Source: Polyangiales bacterium (GTDB taxonomy: Bacteria > Myxococcota_A > Polyangia > Polyangiales > Polyangiaceae). Taken from it: 31,317 nt of DNA. The position numbers were made by a program, and so were the translations under genes. The first letter of the stretch is position 1; each line of letters begins with the position of its first letter. This document shows positions 1 through 8,067 of this stretch, piece after piece. A model generated the notes under the pieces. That model was not told the DNA's origin, did no database searches, and was given only the letters and a program-made list of their open reading frames with translations. The stretch lies in contig JBBRLQ010000052.1 of assembly GCA_038231275.1 (NCBI GenBank), positions 1 through 31,317 on the forward strand, written 5' to 3'.

Positions 1-2
1 CC

Positions 3-1043
3 TTCTTCGGTCCCGAGGCGGAGTTCTTCGTCTTCGACGACGTGCGCTTCGATCACTCGCAGCCGAACGCCGGCTATTACTTCTTGGACAGCGTCGAAGG
101 CGCCTGGAACAGCGGCCGCGAGGAGTTCCCGAACCTCGGGTACAAGACGCGCCACAAGGAAGGCTACTTCCCCGTCCCGCCGACCGACACGCTCGCCAAC
201 CTCCGCCAGGAGATGATGCTCGCGCTCGAGGCGAGCGGCATCGAGGTCGAGGTCGGCCACCACGAGGTCGCGAGCGGCGGCCAGTGCGAGATCGGAATGA
301 AGTTCAATCGGCTGCTCCCGTGCGCCGATCAGCTCATGTGGTTCAAGTACGTCATCAAGAACATCGCGCGAAAAAACGGCAAGACCGTCACGTTCATGCC
401 GAAGCCGCTCTTCGGCGATAACGGCTCGGGTATGCACTGCCATCAGTCGATCTGGAAGGAGGGCAAGCCCCTCTTCGGCGGCGACGGCTACGCGGGCCTC
501 AGCGAGATGGCGCTCCACTACATCGGCGGCATCATCAAGCACGCCAAATCGATCGCCGCGCTCACCAACCCGACGACGAACAGCTACCGGCGCCTGGTGC
601 CGGGCTTCGAGGCGCCGGTGAACCTCGCCTATTCGAGCCGCAACCGCTCGGCGTCCGTGCGCATCCCGATTACGGGCCCGTCGCCCAAGACGCGCCGCAT
701 CGAGGTGCGCTTCCCCGATCCGAGCTGCAACCCGTACCTGGCCTTCAGCGCGATGTTGATGGCGGGGCTCGACGGGATCCAGAACAAGATCGATCCGGGC
801 GATCCCCTCGACAAGGACATCTACGCGCTCAGCCCCGAGGAGCTGAAGGACGTCCCGCACATGCCGGCCAGCCTCGAGGAGGCGCTCGACGCGCTCGAGA
901 AGGATCACGAATACCTCCTGCGCGGCGACGTCTTCACGAAGGACGCCCTCCACGAGTGGGTCGACTACAAGAAGACGCGGGAGCTCAACCCGATCCGCAT
1001 GCGGCCCACGCCGCACGAGTTCTTCCTCTATTTCGACATCTGA
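3..1043 (+). CDS. glnA: Glutamine synthetase type I (5'-truncated by window edge)
   Basis: Frame is open from base 3 ([16 protein letters not shown]). GS motifs present: [79 protein letters not shown] carries the adenylylation-type Tyr of GSI-beta. Confidence 0.98.
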   Translation, partial: FFGPEAEFFVFDDVRFDHSQPNAGYYFLDSVEGAWNSGREEFPNLGYKTRHKEGYFPVPPTDTLANLRQEMMLALEASGIEVEVGHHEVASGGQCEIGMKFNRLLPCADQLMWFKYVIKNIARKNGKTVTFMPKPLFGDNGSGMHCHQSIWKEGKPLFGGDGYAGLSEMALHYIGGIIKHAKSIAALTNPTTNSYRRLVPGFEAPVNLAYSSRNRSASVRIPITGPSPKTRRIEVRFPDPSCNPYLAFSAMLMAGLDGIQNKIDPGDPLDKDIYALSPEELKDVPHMPASLEEALDALEKDHEYLLRGDVFTKDALHEWVDYKKTRELNPIRMRPTPHEFFLYFDI

Positions 1044-1070
1044 CGTCGGCAGCTCGGGCGCCGCGGTCCG

Positions 1071-2429
1071 TCACGCGCCGCGGCGCTTCACTTCGCTGGC
1101 GAGGGACGCCACCGACGCAGGCTCCGTCGGCGCGAAGGTCTGCTGCGCGCGCCTCAGGCCAGGCGCGACGGAGGACGCCTCAGGCGCGTGATCCTCGTCG
1201 CACGCCTCCGCGAGCGCGGCGGCGAGCTGTCCGGCCGAGTGGAAGCGCTCTTCTTGCGTGCGCGCGCAGGCACGGGCGAACCACCCGTCCACCGCGGGGC
1301 CGAGCTCGCGGTTCACCGTCGAGGGGACCGGAGGCGGCTCGTTGCAGACGCTCTTGACCACCTCGCCGAGCACGCCTCCTCCGAACGGGAGCACGCCCGT
1401 CATGGCGACGAACGCCGTCGCCGCGAGGGCCCAGAGATCCGACTGGCGGCTCGGGGCGCCCGCGCTCAACGACTCCGGGCTCATGAAGCTCGGGGTGCCT
1501 TGCACGAAGATCGGATCGGAGGCGGTCCCGAGCGACTTGGCGAGGCCGAAATCGACGAGCTTGACGTCGAACCTGTGCGGCGCGTCCGCGGCGTCGAGCA
1601 CCAGTACGTTCTCCGGTTTGACGTCGCGATGCACGATGCCCAGGCCGTGCAGCTCGTCGAGCGCGCGCGCGACGCGGTCGACGAGCGACGAGACGTCCCG
1701 GAGCGACATCGGCCCGAGCCTCTCGAGGCGCGCCGCCAGCGTCTCGCCCGCGATGTACTCCATGACGAGGTACGGGAGCCCCTCCTCCGTGACGCCGTGA
1801 TCGTAGATGCGCACCACGTTGGGGTTGCGGAGCTGCGCTGCCGCCCGCGCCTCGCGCTCGAAGCTCGCGTAGTCGGCGTGCTCGGCGAGCTTCGGCGCCA
1901 TGAATTTGATCGCCACGTTGATGCCGAGCGCCAGGTGGACGCCGAGCCACACCGTGGCCATCCCCCCCTCCGCGATCTTCTTCTCGAGGCGGTACTTGCC
2001 GCCGAGGATCGTCGCCGTCGGAGGGACGCTGAGCACCTTGTCCTTCGACGGCGCGTTGCGCGCGGCGTCGCGAACGCCCTTGGCGAGGCGGAGCTGGAGC
2101 TCGCGCAGGTCGAACGGCTTCGACAAGAAGTCGTCGGCGCCGGCCTCGAGCGCCTCGATCAAATCCTCTTGCTGCTGGCGCGCCGTGAGCATGAGCACGT
2201 ACGCGTGCTTGCCGTGCGGCGTCGTGCGGAGCAAGCGGCAGACCTCCAGCCCGCTCAGGCCGGGCATGTCCCAATCGAGGACGACGATGCGCGGCGAGTC
2301 CTCCTGCTTCAGTAGCTGCCACGCGGCGTGGCCGTCACATGCGATGACCGGCTCGTAGCCCCAGCGGGTGAGGCAACGCTGGAGAGCACGCGCGACCCCC
2401 TCGTCGTCGTCTGCTGCGAGCGCACGCAT
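1071..2429 (-). CDS. Response-regulator receiver domain fused to Ser/Thr protein kinase (452 aa)
   Basis: REC domain: ADDD, VVLDWDMPGLSG (phospho-Asp), MLTAR, GADDFLSKPFD. Kinase domain: EGGMATVW, VAIK, HRDVKPEN, DFG, GTPSFMSPE, DLWAL. No TM segment. Confidence 0.92.
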   Translation of the reverse strand: MRALAADDDEGVARALQRCLTRWGYEPVIACDGHAAWQLLKQEDSPRIVVLDWDMPGLSGLEVCRLLRTTPHGKHAYVLMLTARQQQEDLIEALEAGADDFLSKPFDLRELQLRLAKGVRDAARNAPSKDKVLSVPPTATILGGKYRLEKKIAEGGMATVWLGVHLALGINVAIKFMAPKLAEHADYASFEREARAAAQLRNPNVVRIYDHGVTEEGLPYLVMEYIAGETLAARLERLGPMSLRDVSSLVDRVARALDELHGLGIVHRDVKPENVLVLDAADAPHRFDVKLVDFGLAKSLGTASDPIFVQGTPSFMSPESLSAGAPSRQSDLWALAATAFVAMTGVLPFGGGVLGEVVKSVCNEPPPVPSTVNRELGPAVDGWFARACARTQEERFHSAGQLAAALAEACDEDHAPEASSVAPGLRRAQQTFAPTEPASVASLASEVKRRGA

Positions 2430-2492
2430 GAGGGGGAGCGTAGACCCGGGCCGGGGCGCCGTGAAAACAAAGCGGCGCCCCGATGCCGGGCG

Positions 2493-2987
2493 TCAGTGCT
2501 TCTTGCCCGAGGCCGCGGGCTTGGGCGCCGCCGCGGGTTTGGAGGGCGCGGTCGCGGCGGCCGCCGCGGTCGACGTCGCGGCCGTTGCGGGCTTGGCGAT
2601 CGCCGTGAATTTTCCCTCGTTGATGATTTCGCACGAGCTCTTCGCCGAGTCGAGATCGCGCGGCGCGTCGCCGTCGGCGTAGTAGTAGGTCGTGCTCCCG
2701 TCCTTGTCGGCGCAGGTTCCGACGAGGGCGTCCTGCGGGCATTTCCCCTCGCTCCACACGCCCTTCAGCGCCGAGCAGAGGCTCTTGGAGAGACCCATCG
2801 GATCGCTCTTTTCGGTGTCCTCGGAGCAGGTGCTCGCCTCCTTTCGGACGTTGCAGCTGCCGATCACGCCCCCTGGCGCCTTCGCGGCGGCAGCGGTGGT
2901 GGTCGCCGAGTCCGTTTTGTCGGATTTGCCGCAGGCGACGAGGGTGAAGACGACGAGGGTGGTGGCGACGCGACGAACGATGGTCAT
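2493..2987 (-). CDS. Cys-rich lipoprotein, unknown function (164 aa)
   Basis: Start re-called at ATG 2987, with AGGAG RBS upstream. Signal MTIVRRVATTLVVFTLVA-C ends in a lipobox. Cys-patterned core; Ala/Pro/Lys-rich tail. Confidence 0.8.
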   Translation of the reverse strand: MTIVRRVATTLVVFTLVACGKSDKTDSATTTAAAAKAPGGVIGSCNVRKEASTCSEDTEKSDPMGLSKSLCSALKGVWSEGKCPQDALVGTCADKDGSTTYYYADGDAPRDLDSAKSSCEIINEGKFTAIAKPATAATSTAAAAATAPSKPAAAPKPAASGKKH

Positions 2988-3031
2988 GGTCCTGGCTCCT
3001 TGTTGAAGGCAGCGGTCGGACGGAGCCACCG

Positions 3032-3060
3032 CGTCAACGAGCCATCAAAGAGGCGTCAAA
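3032..3060 (-). promoter_or_regulatory. Triple direct repeat with 11-bp period upstream of lipoprotein gene
   Basis: CGTCAA (3032), CATCAA (3043) and CGTCAA (3054) are exactly 11 bp apart; on the gene's sense strand this reads TTGAYG x3. Confidence 0.5.
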
Positions 3061-3097
3061 CGTTCGGGCCGCCCAGGACCTCGCGCACGTGGAGAGC

Positions 3098-5185
3098 TCA
3101 GGGCAACGTCGCCATCGCGTGGGCGCTGCGGCCGGAGGGGCCGGCGCCGCCAACCGACGTCCAGCTCGCGCCGTCGAACGACCAGGTATCGGCGAGACCA
3201 CCGCCGCCGCCGAAGAGGAGAACGATGTTCCCCTGCGTCGCCATCGCGCTGTCGATGCGACCTCCCGGACCGCTCGCGCCCGACTGGGTCCACGTCGCGC
3301 CGTCGAAGGTCCACGTGTCCGTGAGCAGCGAGCCGTTGGAGCCGCCGAAGAGGACGACGGTCGACGCGCGCGCCGCCATCGCCGGTGCGTAGCGACCCGG
3401 CGGGCCGGCGCCGAGCACCTGCGTCCACGTCGCGCCGTCGTAGGTCCACGTGTCGCCGGCGGGAGTCCCGCTCGTGTCGAGCTGGCCGCCGAAGAGGACC
3501 ACCTTGTTGCCGAGCGGCGCCATGACGCAGCTGTAGCGAGCGGCTGGCCCCGTCGATCCTTTCGACGTCCACTTCGCGCCGTCGAACGTCCACGTGTCGC
3601 GGACGGGCTTCTGCCCGTCGTACCCGCCGAACATGACGACGACGCCGCCGAGCGACGCCATGCAGTGGCCGCCGCGCCCAGATGGACCGGCGCCGGAGAC
3701 CTGCGACCACGTGCTGCCGTCGAACGTCCACGTGTCGCTCCGGATGATGCCGCCGAGGTCGTGGCCGCCGAAGAGGACGACCGTGGAGCCGAGCCGCGCC
3801 ATCGCGCTGACCCCGCGGCTCGGGGGGCCGGCGGGTGCAGAAACCCATCCGGCGCCGGAGCTCGTCCACGTGTCGCCGAGGCCGGCGCCGCCGCCGAGCC
3901 CGCCGAAGAGGACCACCTTCGTGCCGCCCGCGCCGCCGTCGCCGCCGCCGCCCTCGCTCACACCACCATCTCCGGCCACGCACGCGCCGGCGACGCACGA
4001 GGTTCCGCTGCCGCACGTGAGGCAGCCGAGCCCGCCGGTTCCGCATGCGCTGGTGGCGGTTCCACCGAGGCACTGGCCCGCCGAGCAGCACCCCGTGCAT
4101 GACGTCGCGTCGCACACGCACGCGGCCGACGCGCAACGGAGACCACTCCCGCACGTGCCCACCGCGCAGACGCCGCCGCACCCGTCGTCGCCGCCGCACG
4201 TCTTGCCGGCGCAGCTCGGCGTGCACCCGCACACGTTGGGCGGACCGCCGCCGCCGCACGAGAGCGGGCTCGAGCACGCGCCGCCCGGACAGCACGCCTG
4301 CCCCTTACCGCCGCACGCCCCGCAGCTCGCGGTGCCGCACGCGACGCCGCTCGCGCACGCGGTGCACACGGTTCCCCCGGCGCCGCACGCCGTGTCGCTC
4401 GTGCCCGACTGGCACGTGGAGACGTCACAGCAGCCCGTGCACGAGGTCCCGTCGCAGACGCAAAGACCGGTCACGCAGCGCTGGCCGCTCCCGCACGCGC
4501 CGGTCTCGCACACGCCGCCGCAGCCGTCGCTCGCGCCGCACGCCTTACCGCCGCAGCTCGGCGTGCACCCGCAGACGCCGGGGCGCCCGCCGCCGCCGCA
4601 CTCGAGCGGGCTCGCGCACGCGCCGGCGCAGCACGGCTGACCGTTGCCGCCGCAGATGCCGCAGTCGACGCCGCACGTCTGACCCGATTGGCACGCCGCG
4701 CACACCGCGCCGCCTGTGCCACACGACGCGTTGTCACCGCCGCTCGCGCACGTCGTCCCGTTGCAGCATCCGGCGCACGACGTCCCGTCGCATTTGCAAA
4801 CGCCGGCGACGCAGCGTTGCCCTTGCCCGCATGCGCCGAGGGTGCAAACGCCGTCGCAGCCGTTGCTCGCGCCGCACGCCTTGCCGGTGCAGCTCGGGAC
4901 GCACGCGCCGGCGCCGCAGACGTTCGGGTGGCCGCCGCCTCCGCCGCAGTCGAGGCCGATGGTGCAGCCGCCGCAGTCGATCAGCGTGCCGCACGCGTCG
5001 AGCATCTCGCCGCACTTGCCCTTGCACGTGTCGGCGCGCGAGGGGCAGCTCGGGGCGCCGTCGGCGAGCGTGCCTTCGTCACCGGCGTCGGTCGCGACGG
5101 GGCCGCCGTCGTTGCGGAAGGAAGCGCAGGCCGCCACGATCGTCGCGACGACGGAGAGCCAGAGGAAGAACGCGAAGATTCTCAA
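3098..5185 (-). CDS. Surface lipoprotein with Cys-rich tandem repeats and C-terminal six-bladed Kelch-like propeller (695 aa)
   Basis: TTG start; hydrophobic signal ending IVAA-C; three long Cys/Gly-rich repeats; six copies of (V/I)(V/L)(L/M)FGG...DTW(T/S)xxGxxW. Confidence 0.85.
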   Translation of the reverse strand: MRIFAFFLWLSVVATIVAACASFRNDGGPVATDAGDEGTLADGAPSCPSRADTCKGKCGEMLDACGTLIDCGGCTIGLDCGGGGGHPNVCGAGACVPSCTGKACGASNGCDGVCTLGACGQGQRCVAGVCKCDGTSCAGCCNGTTCASGGDNASCGTGGAVCAACQSGQTCGVDCGICGGNGQPCCAGACASPLECGGGGRPGVCGCTPSCGGKACGASDGCGGVCETGACGSGQRCVTGLCVCDGTSCTGCCDVSTCQSGTSDTACGAGGTVCTACASGVACGTASCGACGGKGQACCPGGACSSPLSCGGGGPPNVCGCTPSCAGKTCGGDDGCGGVCAVGTCGSGLRCASAACVCDATSCTGCCSAGQCLGGTATSACGTGGLGCLTCGSGTSCVAGACVAGDGGVSEGGGGDGGAGGTKVVLFGGLGGGAGLGDTWTSSGAGWVSAPAGPPSRGVSAMARLGSTVVLFGGHDLGGIIRSDTWTFDGSTWSQVSGAGPSGRGGHCMASLGGVVVMFGGYDGQKPVRDTWTFDGAKWTSKGSTGPAARYSCVMAPLGNKVVLFGGQLDTSGTPAGDTWTYDGATWTQVLGAGPPGRYAPAMAARASTVVLFGGSNGSLLTDTWTFDGATWTQSGASGPGGRIDSAMATQGNIVLLFGGGGGLADTWSFDGASWTSVGGAGPSGRSAHAMATLP
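3975..4903 (-). repeat. Three intragenic Cys-rich repeats (~112-114 aa period; third is partial)
   Basis: Units begin CVPSCTGKACG (4903), CTPSCGGKACG (4567) and CTPSCAGKTCG (4225), i.e. 336 and 342 bp apart. Each contains CxCDxTSCxGCC. Confidence 0.85.
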
Positions 5186-5389
5186 AGCGAAGGGGGGAGT
5201 CTACTTCGCCGATCCGGGCGGGACCACCGCGGGCACGTCGCGTGTGTCGAAGAGACGCGAGGCGCGCCCGGGCCCGGGTGTGAAGCCGGGTTGGCGTCCG
5301 ATGGTGCACGGTCCTCCACACGACAATCGTCGACCGCTCGTCCGGCCCGGGATCATGGGCAATTTCGCCTGCGGACGGCGCCGCACATC

Positions 5390-5406
5390 CGGGCACATCC
5401 GTTGCT
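5390..5406 (+). promoter_or_regulatory. Putative sigma54 -24/-12 promoter
   Basis: CGGGCACATCCGTTGCT = GGCAC-N5-TTGCT, exact GG-N10-GC spacing, 47 bp upstream of ATG 5454. Confidence 0.65.
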
Positions 5407-5453
5407 TTTAGCCACCGGGCGCCCCCCCGACCACTCTCAGGAGACACGAACCC

Positions 5454-6173
5454 ATGATCGCTCGCCCCCACGCCGCCGCGTTCTTCGCCACCCTCGGTTG
5501 CCTCGTCGCCGTCGCGTGCACGTCGTCCAACGGAGGAGGAGGGATCGATTGCGCGACCGCATCGCCGTGCCGCGCGGACGCGCCGGCGATGCAGGCCGAG
5601 ATCGACCAGTGCAACCGCCTGCGAACGGACACGACGTGCGGCGTGAAATACAGCGATCTGGGGCGATGCGTCCTCACGAACACCAAATGCGGCGCCGACA
5701 ACAAGACCGACACGGCGGCCACGAGCTCCGCGGTCAAGGCGAGCTGCTCACCGCAAATCTCCGCCTACCAGACGTGTCAGCCCAGCGGCAGCGGCGACGG
5801 CGGCGCCTCCAGCAGTGGCGGAAGCAGCAGCTCGGGCGCGAGCAGCAGTGGAAGCTCCGGAACCAGCAGCAGCGGAACCTCCGGCGCGAACAGCAGCGGG
5901 AGCTCGGGAAGCAGCAGCGGCGGGGCTGGCGCGTGCGGCTCCATCACGTGGAAGACCTCCACGTGCTCGACCTGCATGGACTCCAAGTGTTGCACGCAGC
6001 AGAAGACGTGCACCGACGACGCCGCGTGCGCGACGCTCCTCTCCTGCCTCATCGGATGCGCGGGCAACACGACGTGCAGCAACGACTGCGCCGCGAAAAG
6101 CCCCGGCGGCGTCTCCGACTACAACGCGCTCTCGAGCTGCTTCTCCGGGAGCTGCTCCGCCGACTGCCAGTGA
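5454..6173 (+). CDS. Cys-rich lipoprotein: two disulfide-rich domains joined by a Ser/Gly linker (239 aa)
   Basis: AGGAG RBS; lipobox VAVA-C; SSSG-repeat linker; C-terminal CxxCxxxxCC...C module of a kind common in myxobacterial lipoproteins. Confidence 0.85.
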   Translation: MIARPHAAAFFATLGCLVAVACTSSNGGGGIDCATASPCRADAPAMQAEIDQCNRLRTDTTCGVKYSDLGRCVLTNTKCGADNKTDTAATSSAVKASCSPQISAYQTCQPSGSGDGGASSSGGSSSSGASSSGSSGTSSSGTSGANSSGSSGSSSGGAGACGSITWKTSTCSTCMDSKCCTQQKTCTDDAACATLLSCLIGCAGNTTCSNDCAAKSPGGVSDYNALSSCFSGSCSADCQ

Positions 6174-6203
6174 CGCCCTCGCCGGCGAGGCGAGCGCACG
6201 CGA

Positions 6204-7184
6204 TCAGAACGCGTAGCTGACGTTCGCCTGGAGCCCGAGCATCTCGTCGAGTGCGCCTCCGGCGGCGAACGCGTCGCCGGGGGAAGCGTGCATCGCGTAG
6301 GAGAACCGCCGGTAGCTCGCGGTCGCGCCGATCTCCCACGCGCGCGAGATCGCGAAGCTCGGACCGAGCGACGCTTCGACGCCTCCGACCTTCGCGTTCG
6401 GGAACCGATCGGCCACAGACCCCGCCGAGACGACGACGTCGTACCCGGCACTCGCCGCGACGGAGAACGGACCGAGAAAAACGCGCGCGTCGATCGAAGG
6501 CCGCACGAAGCGATAGGCGACCGCCGGCACTTGCGCGTCGATCGACGACGACGAAAACCCGAACGACTCGCCGCCGTACACTGCGCCCACGCCGAGAACG
6601 AGCCTCCCGCCGATGCGCGCACGCCCGCGGAGTCCCGCATGGAATCTCCACCAGCTCGTCGCGACGGGATCGCCGCCGTCGGTCTGCGACGCGAGGGCGA
6701 TCGCTTGCGCCGCGTACGCTCCGACGAGGCCGACGTCGACGGGGCTGGCGAGATCGGCGAGCGGATACACGCCAACGTTGGCGCCCACGAGCGGAGCTGC
6801 GCCGAGATCGTACCGCCGCAGGTTCGGCGTGACGGCGTCCGTATACCGAAAGTGCCGCGCGCCGAGCTCGGGACCTGCCTGGAGAAAGAGGAGCTCGTGA
6901 CCGCGGTCGCGCGGGGAGGAGACGGGGCTCGCGACGGAGTCACGGGCGATCGGAGCCAGCGTCGGAGTCGGAGTCGGAGTCGGAGTCGGAGTCGGAGTCG
7001 GAGTCGGAGTCGGGCTCGGAGTCGGGGTCGGAGTCGGGGTCTCGGTCGAAGTCGCGGTCGGGGTCGGGGTCGGGGTCGCGGTTGCCGCCGGGCGTGGCTT
7101 GCGGCGCTTGGGGGCGGCGGCCGCGGCGGTGGACGCGGACAAGACGAGGCACGCGAGGATCGTCACGACACGCGTTCCGTTCAC
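6204..7184 (-). CDS. Putative outer-membrane beta-barrel protein with N-terminal Pro-Thr linker (326 aa)
   Basis: GTG start overlaps the upstream stop (GTGA, 7184-7181). Signal peptide, (TP)n linker, alternating amphipathic strands, and a C-terminus GLQANVSYAF matching the BAM beta-signal pattern. Confidence 0.75.
   Translation of the reverse strand: MNGTRVVTILACLVLSASTAAAAAPKRRKPRPAATATPTPTPTATSTETPTPTPTPSPTPTPTPTPTPTPTPTPTLAPIARDSVASPVSSPRDRGHELLFLQAGPELGARHFRYTDAVTPNLRRYDLGAAPLVGANVGVYPLADLASPVDVGLVGAYAAQAIALASQTDGGDPVATSWWRFHAGLRGRARIGGRLVLGVGAVYGGESFGFSSSSIDAQVPAVAYRFVRPSIDARVFLGPFSVAASAGYDVVVSAGSVADRFPNAKVGGVEASLGPSFAISRAWEIGATASYRRFSYAMHASPGDAFAAGGALDEMLGLQANVSYAF
6961..7080. repeat. 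Hexamer microsatellite (GTCGGR)n encoding Pro-Thr linker
   Basis: 20 hexamer units; the first 8 are perfect GTCGGA. Confidence 0.95.
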
Positions 7185-8059
7185 GGCAAGCACCCAATCC
7201 GCGCGGCGTCGAGCGCCACGTCATCGAAGTACACGTCATCCGCCGAGGTGTTCGTCGAGTGCGTCTCGACGCCCAGCTTGATCGCTGCGAACGCGGGGAC
7301 GGTCAGCGCGCCCGAGTACGCGTACGACGCGAGCGATGCGCCGTCGGCGAAGAGCTCGATCTGCGGGGACGCCGTCGACATGTGCCATTCCATGCACGTC
7401 CACTTCGACAGCGGAATCGACGTCGCATACCCGACGGGGTTCTCGCCGCTCGGCGGATAGAACGTGAGCTGCACCTTCGCCTGCGACTGACCGATCTCGA
7501 GGACCTGCCCGGCGCCGCTCTCCATCTTCACGAGCGCGTTGTGGCCGACCGTCGCGTCGACCGTCTGGAAAATGTAGGCGCGGCCCCACAGACCGTTCGC
7601 GAGCGCGGGAAACGGCGATTTTGCGCGCGCAAACGCGAAGCCTCCGCCCGCGTTCGCGATGTGCGCGTGCGCCGCATGGGTCCCGTGCGCGGCCTCGCCG
7701 GTCTGAACGACGACGACGTTCGCGGGATCGTACCCAACGTCGAGCTCCCAGCGCTGCGCGTCGAGCTTCCCGCTCTCGAAGTCGTCGCAGAAGAGCGCCT
7801 TGCACGCCTGCGCCGCCGCGTCGGTCCCCGCGTCGGCGACGTGCGCGTCGGCACCGCTCGAGGGGTCGGGCGGCGGAGTGGGCGACGAGGTGTCCGGCGC
7901 GCCAGCACCACCGTCCGCGGGCACGCTTCCGTCGAGCGGAGCCGGCGCCGCGTCGCTCCCCTGCCCCGATGCATCCGACGCGCTCACGTCGCACGCCCCG
8001 AGCGCGAGCAACGGAAGAAGAGGAGGAAGCGACGCGAGGGAGAGGAGCGTTCTCGTCAT
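7181..8059 (-). CDS. Lipoprotein with Cip1-like / ConA-type beta-sandwich domain (292 aa)
   Basis: Start re-called at ATG 8059, 8 bp after the DUF1552 stop. Lipobox LALGA-C and Asp/Ala/Pro linker. LFCDDFESG, LWGRAYIF, KWTCMEW and DVYFDDVALDAARIGC resemble Cip1-core / polysaccharide-lyase-like domains. Confidence 0.7.
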   Translation of the reverse strand: MTRTLLSLASLPPLLPLLALGACDVSASDASGQGSDAAPAPLDGSVPADGGAGAPDTSSPTPPPDPSSGADAHVADAGTDAAAQACKALFCDDFESGKLDAQRWELDVGYDPANVVVVQTGEAAHGTHAAHAHIANAGGGFAFARAKSPFPALANGLWGRAYIFQTVDATVGHNALVKMESGAGQVLEIGQSQAKVQLTFYPPSGENPVGYATSIPLSKWTCMEWHMSTASPQIELFADGASLASYAYSGALTVPAFAAIKLGVETHSTNTSADDVYFDDVALDAARIGCLP

Positions 8060-8067
8060 GGCATCCC

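Noticed and set aside
6177..6190. 14-bp palindrome CCTCGCCGGCGAGG between convergent genes
   Set aside because: Could aid termination, but it is short, nearly all GC and lacks a U-tract, so it is not distinguishable from chance.
6961..7080. Tandem repeats as possible CRISPR array
   Set aside because: Units are 6, 9 or 18 bp with no unique spacers, lie in frame inside genes, and no cas genes are present.
6940..7239. Ser-Asp (SD) repeat ORFs resembling staphylococcal Sdr proteins (also 21646-21855)
   Set aside because: They are alternative frames of the Pro-Thr microsatellites and lack a signal peptide or other support.
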